Source: Pseudodesulfovibrio mercurii (GTDB lineage: Bacteria > Desulfobacterota > Desulfovibrionia > Desulfovibrionales > Desulfovibrionaceae). Taken from it: 32,000 nt of DNA. Below, in pieces: positions 26,461 to 32,000 of this stretch (positions are counted from its first letter, which is position 1; the number at the start of each line of letters is the position of its first letter). The DNA lies in NCBI RefSeq assembly GCF_000189295.2, contig NC_016803.1, positions 180,001 to 212,000 on the forward strand, given 5' to 3'. Below the pieces are notes generated by a model that ran no database searches, was not told where the DNA came from, and saw only the letters and a program-made list of their open reading frames with translations. The position numbers were made by a program, and so were the translations under genes.

Positions 26461-27663
26461 TCAGCCTTTCTTCCGGTTCGTGAGAATGATGTCTTTCGTT
26501 ATGTAGCGCATGATCGTCTTTTTCAGCGATTTTCCCGGCCAGCGTGTTGGCACGACGTAGAGCTTGATGCCGTGCAGCAGACCATGGAGCGCCAGCTGAA
26601 GCGAGAGCAGCCCTTTCTTCAGCGGCGGGGCGTGTCTGATCTTTCTCTTCAGGTGCTGCATCTTCAGATAGTTGTAGACCGGAAACGGCACCGCGCCGAG
26701 ACCGTCGCACCAGCAATCGTTGAGGCGTAAGATCAGGTCGTACAGGTCTTCGAACGTCAGTTGTTCCGGCGGGGAGAGCTGGGCCTCGGTCGGCGGGGAA
26801 AAGAGCGGACCGTCCTTGCCGAGATACTTGACGGCGACCGCGTTGTTCCCGGCCTCGCAGGAACGGAGAAATTCGATCCGTTGCCGCGGCGTCAGCAGCT
26901 TGTTCTCGGGGGGCGTGAAGTGGAGCTTTTCCACCACGTCGATGAGTTCCTTGAATTCACGCAACTGGCCGCCCTCTTCCGGCAGGGTGGCGTTGGCCCG
27001 CAACATGAACTCCATCAGTCGGGCGTCCATGCTCGTATTGACGCCGCGCGGCGGGCTTTTGAACGAGTCGTCCCACTGAATGCCCAAGGCGTCCGCGAAG
27101 TCGGTGAAAAGATTGCCGCCGACAAATGCTTTTTTATCGTAACACCTTACGATAATATTTTCTTTTCCGAACTGTTCCGCGAAAAAATCGACCATCGTTT
27201 CATAGTCGTAGTAGTTGGGATGGAAGAGTTCGTCGATGGCCGACGTCCCGAAGGGGATCACGCGCTTTCCGCCCCGGATCGCCTGCCGGTACATGGATTC
27301 GAGGTGGGTGTCCTGCCTGCGGAGATACAGGATCACCTTGATGCGCGGCGAGCCCACATACTGTCTGATCTGGTCGATTCTCGCCGGGTTGCCGTAGAGC
27401 CGTGTGCTCAGGCTTTCGTTGCTGACGAGGACCGTCTCCGATGTCGCGGAAGCGATCGCCTGCCGGGTGTTTTCCCAGCGTTCGGCCACCAGGCTGTCGG
27501 AGTCGTCGTCCGAAGGCCAGCATTCGGAAAGCAAATGGTTCTTGGTGCCGTAGACGATGCCATGCCGGGCGAGCTGATCCCGATTGAGTGAGAGAAATTC
27601 CTGTAAGGCGGTCGTTCCGGTTTTATGTAACCCGATGTGCATTATCAATAAGTTGGATTGCAT
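26461..27663 (-). CDS. Sulfotransferase-like P-loop protein, 400 aa
   Basis: N-terminal HIGLHKTGTTALQ resembles the 5'-phosphosulfate-binding loop (PKxGTT type) of sulfotransferases. A later YLRRQD...ES segment is consistent with the 3'-phosphate-binding region. The basic C-terminal tail may associate with the membrane. Confidence 0.55.
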   Translation of the reverse strand: MQSNLLIMHIGLHKTGTTALQEFLSLNRDQLARHGIVYGTKNHLLSECWPSDDDSDSLVAERWENTRQAIASATSETVLVSNESLSTRLYGNPARIDQIRQYVGSPRIKVILYLRRQDTHLESMYRQAIRGGKRVIPFGTSAIDELFHPNYYDYETMVDFFAEQFGKENIIVRCYDKKAFVGGNLFTDFADALGIQWDDSFKSPPRGVNTSMDARLMEFMLRANATLPEEGGQLREFKELIDVVEKLHFTPPENKLLTPRQRIEFLRSCEAGNNAVAVKYLGKDGPLFSPPTEAQLSPPEQLTFEDLYDLILRLNDCWCDGLGAVPFPVYNYLKMQHLKRKIRHAPPLKKGLLSLQLALHGLLHGIKLYVVPTRWPGKSLKKTIMRYITKDIILTNRKKG

Positions 27664-27746
27664 GGTGTCGCCTACAGGGGGGTAGCGTGTGCGGTTTGAA
27701 TTGTCTGCAAGGGCGCTCTTGTTGCCGATACGATGTCCACGCCGGA

Positions 27747-28001
27747 CTATTCCTTTTCAAGCACCTTGAAAAGATTCACCAGGGAAATGGTCATGTTCTC
27801 TTCGAGATTTCCGAAATTGAACGTATAGCCGTCCTGTTCCAGCTCCATCGCGAAGTGCAGCAAGGCAATGGAATCGATGATGTTGTCTTCAAAGATGGAG
27901 GACGTGTCGTCGTACACGGCGAGACTCGATATCCCCACGTTCTTGAATTGCTCTTCAAAGTTCTTCCAAAACAAGTTTTTGAATTCATCATACGTCAACA
28001 T
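27747..28001 (-). CDS. Acyl/peptidyl carrier protein (ACP-like), 84 aa
   Basis: Acidic small protein with the phosphopantetheine-attachment context NIIDSIALLHFAMELE (DS-I/L motif at the start of helix II). Confidence 0.7.
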   Translation of the reverse strand: MLTYDEFKNLFWKNFEEQFKNVGISSLAVYDDTSSIFEDNIIDSIALLHFAMELEQDGYTFNFGNLEENMTISLVNLFKVLEKE

Positions 28002-28727
28002 GTGTAACCCATCCTGATTTATTGCTATATGTCGTTTGTTTCAAGGCGCTTCCGCCAGCGCAATCATGGAAAATCGCTGTTGTTCATCGATGATATGGTC
28101 ATCTTTCCGGCGTGGTCGCTCGGATGTCGGGTCCACTCGCGGGCATCGAATTTGCCTCGAGGCCGCCGCCGTCGGGAGATGGGGTTCCAATCATAATGAT
28201 CATGGAGGCCATACGTAGATACGTTGCGTCCCGTCAAGTGGTGTCGTTCCGTCCCGGTCCAGGGGACGGTTGCCGAGAATGGTCTTGAAGGGCCGCCGTG
28301 GGCGGGACGACGGGACGCAGGGGGGAGAGTGGAGGCAGCGGAGGCGCCGCCTTTCGTTTCCGGAAGCGCCTCCGAAATGGCCCGTCCCCGCCGTCACGTG
28401 TCCCTCGCGGCGGGCCTTCATGGTGGGCGCGTCCACGACGGCAGGGGGGATACCCTCCGGCGGACGAGCCGCGCATGCAGTGCGGCGCCGAGGCGCGACT
28501 CGACAAACATCCCGTTGAACGGCGGTCCCGTTCGAGGTCGTGAGGTCCTTCCTCCAATGACGGCACGTCGGCGCAACGCCCGGATGTCCGGGCCGGTTCC
28601 GAAATCCGATTCGAACGGAGGGCAAGGGCTTTCAATGGCTCCCGATATTGCGGAAGGTCCCTGCCGGTATATTACCTCGAAAGCACCGATTCATCCTCGT
28701 CTCGTGGCGAGAGGATGCTCCGCCGCA
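28002..28727. other. GC-rich segment between the two ACP genes with no credible ORF; several stable stem-loops
   Basis: All ORFs here translate to Arg/Pro/Gly-rich low-complexity strings. A 10-bp perfect long-range pairing gcgtcccgtc (28226-28235) / gacgggacgc (28309-28318) encloses the hairpin ccgtccc-ggtccag-gggacgg (28249-28269). A further stem is ggaggcgc / gcgcctcc (28340-28373). Confidence 0.5.
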
Positions 28728-28985
28728 TTATGCATTCCTTATCTTTTCGATGGATGCGATGATGCTTTCTATGGAAGACCAATTCGTTGCGGCGTCGTCA
28801 TCCTCATCAATGGTGACGGAAATTTCATACACGTTTTCGATTTCAAAATAGAGATTCATCATGTCGAGTGAATCCATACCCTGGTCCTGAAGTCGTTTCT
28901 GGGAGTCCAGATTATCATAATCGACATCATAAGGATCAACGGTACGGATGATGTCGATGATTGCTTCCCGTGTTATGGAACTCAT
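28728..28985 (-). CDS. Acyl carrier protein, 85 aa
   Basis: Canonical motif DQGMDSLDMMNL. Acidic composition. The start codon overlaps the KAS III stop (TAATG). Confidence 0.8.
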   Translation of the reverse strand: MSSITREAIIDIIRTVDPYDVDYDNLDSQKRLQDQGMDSLDMMNLYFEIENVYEISVTIDEDDDAATNWSSIESIIASIEKIRNA

Positions 28986-29908
28986 TATTTTCTCCTTAAA
29001 GGGACGGAGGCGATGCTCAGGCCGGCCCCGAACCCCGTCAGCATGAGGTTGTTTTCGTTTGATTCAAAAAATCTGCACAACTCGATGGGAATCGTTGACG
29101 ACGAGGTGTTGCCATGGCGATTCGCCAGGAAAGGACACGCTTCCGGTCTGAGCTTCATCCGTTTTTGGAGGCAGTCCACGATATACTTGTTCGCCTGATG
29201 CAGGACGAAACAATCGACGTCTTCCTGTTCCAGGCCGTTTGCCTTGAGGCACTCCTCGATGTTGGGGGGCACATTGCGCAAGGCGAAGGTGTAGATGCCG
29301 AAGCCGTCCATCCTGAGATAGTCGTCGTGGGTGTGGATCAGGGCGTCTCCCATCTCTCCGAAAGTGTGGAAGGTGCCGCGGCCGATGTCGAAGACGCCGT
29401 CTTCGGCCAGATACGTCACGGTGGCCGCGTCGCTGGCGAAGATGTCTTCGTTCCGGGTGGTCTGATCGACCGCATCGGAGTAGGGGTCGCTGGTGAACAC
29501 GAGGCCATGCTTGAGACCCTGCGCCTCCATGAAGCTCTTCGCCATCACCAGAGAGTAGACGTAGCCCGAGCAGGCGAGGCCCACGTCATAGGTGGCGCAG
29601 TCCTTGCTCAGCTTCAGCGCCCCGTGCACGCGTGCCGACATGTGCGGGATGTACATGTCGGGGTGATGGGTGCAGACGCTGACGAAATCGATCTGCCCGA
29701 GATCAATCGGGGACTTGGCCAGGAGATCCTCCGCCGCCGCACAGCACATGGAAACAACGGTTTCCTCGCTTCCCCGGCGACGGAGTTGTTCAAAGCCGAC
29801 TTTTCGCTCAATGAATTCCCTGGTTACGCCCAGTTCCTCCGCCCGCGCCAGATTGTCGATGGTGTTTTCCGCGAGGTGGACCCCAATTGAGTGGACTGCA
29901 ATCGCCAT
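28985..29908 (-). CDS. 3-oxoacyl-ACP synthase III (FabH-like KAS III)
   Basis: Cys-His-Asn triad contexts: GLACSGYVY, FVLHQANKYI, HGNTSSSTIP. C-terminal LTGFGAGLS. 307 aa, typical length. Confidence 0.8.
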   Translation of the reverse strand: MAIAVHSIGVHLAENTIDNLARAEELGVTREFIERKVGFEQLRRRGSEETVVSMCCAAAEDLLAKSPIDLGQIDFVSVCTHHPDMYIPHMSARVHGALKLSKDCATYDVGLACSGYVYSLVMAKSFMEAQGLKHGLVFTSDPYSDAVDQTTRNEDIFASDAATVTYLAEDGVFDIGRGTFHTFGEMGDALIHTHDDYLRMDGFGIYTFALRNVPPNIEECLKANGLEQEDVDCFVLHQANKYIVDCLQKRMKLRPEACPFLANRHGNTSSSTIPIELCRFFESNENNLMLTGFGAGLSIASVPLRRK

Positions 29909-30501
29909 TATTTGGTCCTTGTGGAATAAATGCTTGCGACAACGCGGCCGTTGGCCTTCACTTCATTCAATATCATTTTGTTGGCGATCATGTTTTTGGT
30001 AGACCCACGGAGCTCGGGGGCACTCTCAAAGAAAGCGGGGGGGACATAGTACGTCACCTTGGCGAGCCACCAGAAGCCTCCGTCCGAGGAATCCGTGGAC
30101 TCCGCGATCATTGCGTCGGCGAGGCCCATGCAGATGGCGGGATACAAATGAGGCGGGTAATCGCTGAGGACGGCCTCGTCCGAATCAATGACCACGTTCT
30201 TGAGGTATTGCTTGGCATCGTCGGGACCGATCTCGGTCAGGGGTTCGTCAATCTCGACGACGCCGATCCTGTAGGATTTGTCACCTGATTTCAGCGTGAT
30301 GAGCACCGGTTGGTCGCGTTCGATCTCGGTTCTGAACTCGACTTGCGCCTTCAGAACGCCACGGAAGGTGATCTGTACCTCATCGTACATGGGCAAATCA
30401 AGCTGTTTCAGGACGGTCGGCAGGGCCTCAAGGAGCATCGTGCTGTTGACGTAGTCACGTTTCCCCTGCCGTTTGAAAGTGTATCTCGCTACGTTGGACA
30501 T
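29908..30501 (-). CDS. Hypothetical protein, 197 aa, no family recognised
   Basis: GGAGGGAA lies 5 nt upstream of the ATG at 30501. The stop overlaps the KAS III start (TAATG). Balanced amino-acid composition, consistent with a folded soluble protein. Confidence 0.6.
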   Translation of the reverse strand: MSNVARYTFKRQGKRDYVNSTMLLEALPTVLKQLDLPMYDEVQITFRGVLKAQVEFRTEIERDQPVLITLKSGDKSYRIGVVEIDEPLTEIGPDDAKQYLKNVVIDSDEAVLSDYPPHLYPAICMGLADAMIAESTDSSDGGFWWLAKVTYYVPPAFFESAPELRGSTKNMIANKMILNEVKANGRVVASIYSTRTK

Positions 30502-30525
30502 AAGTTCCCTCCGGGGTTGATCCGG

Positions 30526-31329
30526 TTACTTTTGATAGGGCCTCGAAGTCGGCAACACTCTCAGCCAGATGTATATATCCTTGGCCAGAATCTTGGTACA
30601 CTCGTCGTAGAAATTCCTTGCGCCCACCGAATAGACAAAACCCTTGCCTATGGGGGCCTTCAGTATGCTGGTTCCCCTTTTCTTCAGCTCTTCGACGATC
30701 TTCCTCACCCCATCGCGTTTGAGGCCGCAGTGCTCGTACCAGACGTGCCTGTAAAAGGGCTGGATGGAGACTTCGCCGTTGATCGAGATCGGGTGCATGT
30801 ACTCTTTCGTATACCTGTAGGGAACCCCCATGACATGTTCGACATGGTGGATCAGGGCCATGTTGCGGATGTCCTTCCCGAGACAGACGCAGAGCCCATC
30901 CAGCTCCACCACGCGGGCTTCCGGCGTCTCCGGCCCGAAGGCGTGGCGGGACACGTCCTTGCAGATGTAGTCGGCGTTTTTGCCGATGGCGGTGTAGGAG
31001 ACGAAGGGGTGGAAGCTGCGCACGGCCTCCGGTTTCCGGCGGATGTATTCCGTGAGCAGGCCGGTTTCGCTCGGCGTGTTGTCCGGGTCGTACGGGATAT
31101 CCGTGTTGCACAGGGACAAGGACGCCGTGGGGACGACCAGGGTTCCCTGCTTCAAGTCGATAAGCTCGCTCAGGGCATTGAAATGCGCTTCGAGGATGCT
31201 GTTGCGATCCCGTTTTTCGTAAGGGCCCAGCCGGAGCAGGTCGGTTCTTAGGATGACCGTTGCGCCCCGGCGGACTCCAACGGTGCTGTAGGCTTCAATC
31301 AGGTCGTCGTATGTATAGGGTTTATTCAT
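30526..31329 (-). CDS. AAC(3)-fold (aminoglycoside 3-N-acetyltransferase family) N-acyltransferase
   Basis: Start ATG at 31329, 4 nt after the upstream stop. Pattern matches AAC(3): GVRRGATVILRTDL, GTLVVPTAS, VRSFHPFVSYTAIGKNA, GPETPEARVVELDGLCVCLGKDIRNMALIHHVEH. Confidence 0.7.
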   Translation of the reverse strand: MNKPYTYDDLIEAYSTVGVRRGATVILRTDLLRLGPYEKRDRNSILEAHFNALSELIDLKQGTLVVPTASLSLCNTDIPYDPDNTPSETGLLTEYIRRKPEAVRSFHPFVSYTAIGKNADYICKDVSRHAFGPETPEARVVELDGLCVCLGKDIRNMALIHHVEHVMGVPYRYTKEYMHPISINGEVSIQPFYRHVWYEHCGLKRDGVRKIVEELKKRGTSILKAPIGKGFVYSVGARNFYDECTKILAKDIYIWLRVLPTSRPYQK

Positions 31330-31333
31330 GGTA

Positions 31334-32000
31334 TTATTCCCCGGCAGCGCCAGTTTCCTTGTGAACAATCTTTCTGTATACGGCCTTGATTTTCGCCTTG
31401 ACGCTGTCCATGGAGAACAGTTTGCCCGTCAGGTAGGCGAGCTCCCAGCTCTTCCAGAATCTGCCGCCTTCCAGCTCCATCAGGCGCTTGTCGGCGCGCA
31501 GGTGCTCGACGTAGTCGGTGTAAAGGACTTTGATCGCCTGTGAATGAAAAATGATATACGGATGCGACAGGATGTCGATCTCGTTCAGCAACCGCGTCCA
31601 CTGGTCCAGGAAAAATGCATTGTTTTCCATTGAGGGACAAAAGGATGTCCATCCCTTGGCCTCGTAGGTCCAGTCGTATATCGACCCGCTCAGGATGCCT
31701 TCCAGGGAACCGTCCAGTCCCACGATGGGCACAAACGGATACATCTTGCACAGCAGCGGTTTGGGAAAGGACTCGGAGCAGCTGCCGTTCAGGCCGCAAT
31801 GCGCCGTGACAATGCGCAGGTCCTCATCCTCCCCGAAATCCATCCGCATCTCTTTGGCGGGGAGGTCCATATCCTCGATCCTGGACTTGAAGTAGTCATA
31901 CTCATCCCCCATGAAGATCAACGTCGTCCCGGAGGTCGGCAGCATGTTGAACGCAATGTCGTCCACCAGATTCATATTGCAGCAGGACCCGCCGCGACAG
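31334..32000 (-). CDS. Cys-rich hypothetical protein, N-terminus outside window (possibly CxxCxxCC/YkgJ-like, unconfirmed)
   Basis: The frame stays open upstream of the listed ATG (31975) to the window edge, reading ...CRGGSCCNMNLVDD, and there is no RBS before that ATG. Later Cys contexts: HCGLNGSCSESFPKPLLCKMYPF. Confidence 0.5.
   Translation of the reverse strand, partial: CRGGSCCNMNLVDDIAFNMLPTSGTTLIFMGDEYDYFKSRIEDMDLPAKEMRMDFGEDEDLRIVTAHCGLNGSCSESFPKPLLCKMYPFVPIVGLDGSLEGILSGSIYDWTYEAKGWTSFCPSMENNAFFLDQWTRLLNEIDILSHPYIIFHSQAIKVLYTDYVEHLRADKRLMELEGGRFWKSWELAYLTGKLFSMDSVKAKIKAVYRKIVHKETGAAGE

Noticed and set aside
28590-28615. GTTCGAATC T-loop-like motif on the minus strand, suggesting a tRNA
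   Set aside because: I could not build an acceptor stem, since the flanks are direct repeats (accggc) rather than complementary. I also found no D-arm or anticodon-arm pairing. It is probably a chance match.
28200-28871. ORFs of 215 aa (+), 141 aa (-) and 133 aa (-) within the spacer between the ACP genes
   Set aside because: The translations are extremely Arg/Pro/Gly-rich, lack hydrophobic segments and RBSs, and the plus-strand ORF runs antisense into the ACP gene. I treat them as non-coding or decayed sequence.

Overview
High-GC bacterial chromosomal segment. Third codon positions are dominated by G/C until about 24.3 kb. The gene content looks like a Desulfovibrio-type sulfate reducer, but that is an inference from the cytochrome-c-led rnf operon and the many sigma-54/NtrC-type regulators. 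No taxonomy can be proven from the sequence alone.

Gene order, left to right:
(1) A 5'-truncated Cache-like sensor kinase, followed by three tandem stand-alone receiver proteins.
(2) A long TSUP/TauE-type permease, translationally coupled to an uncharacterised 228-aa membrane protein.
(3) A PAS histidine kinase plus a sigma-54-dependent response regulator.
(4) A FUSC/ArAE-like membrane protein.
(5) A roughly 0.5 kb partly AT-rich regulatory region with a near-consensus sigma-54 promoter. It drives a membrane-anchored 5-heme cytochrome c and rnfCDGEAB. RnfB is a 704-aa fusion to a GltD-like NAD(P)H/FAD oxidoreductase, and RnfC appears to lack the canonical nucleotide/FMN glycine motifs.
(6) speA on the minus strand.
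(7) A minus-strand periplasmic c-heme (CXXCH) sensor kinase plus a sigma-54 response regulator. They are divergent from a sigma-54 promoter that drives a YeiH/UPF0324-type transporter, an unlisted 56-aa single-TM ORF and a 91-aa ORF.
(8) From about 24.4 kb to the window end, a visibly lower-GC accessory block. It holds a small membrane protein coupled to an orphan histidine kinase. It also holds a tightly coupled minus-strand cassette: Cys-rich protein, AAC(3)-fold acyltransferase, orphan 197-aa protein, FabH-like KAS III, ACP, a 0.7 kb GC-rich ORF-less spacer, a second ACP, and a sulfotransferase-like protein.

I found no rRNA, tRNA, CRISPR array, transposase or integrase. The two most interesting candidates are the rewired Rnf complex and the ACP/KAS III/AAC(3)/sulfotransferase cassette. 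All family assignments rest on motif recognition by eye, not on database searches.
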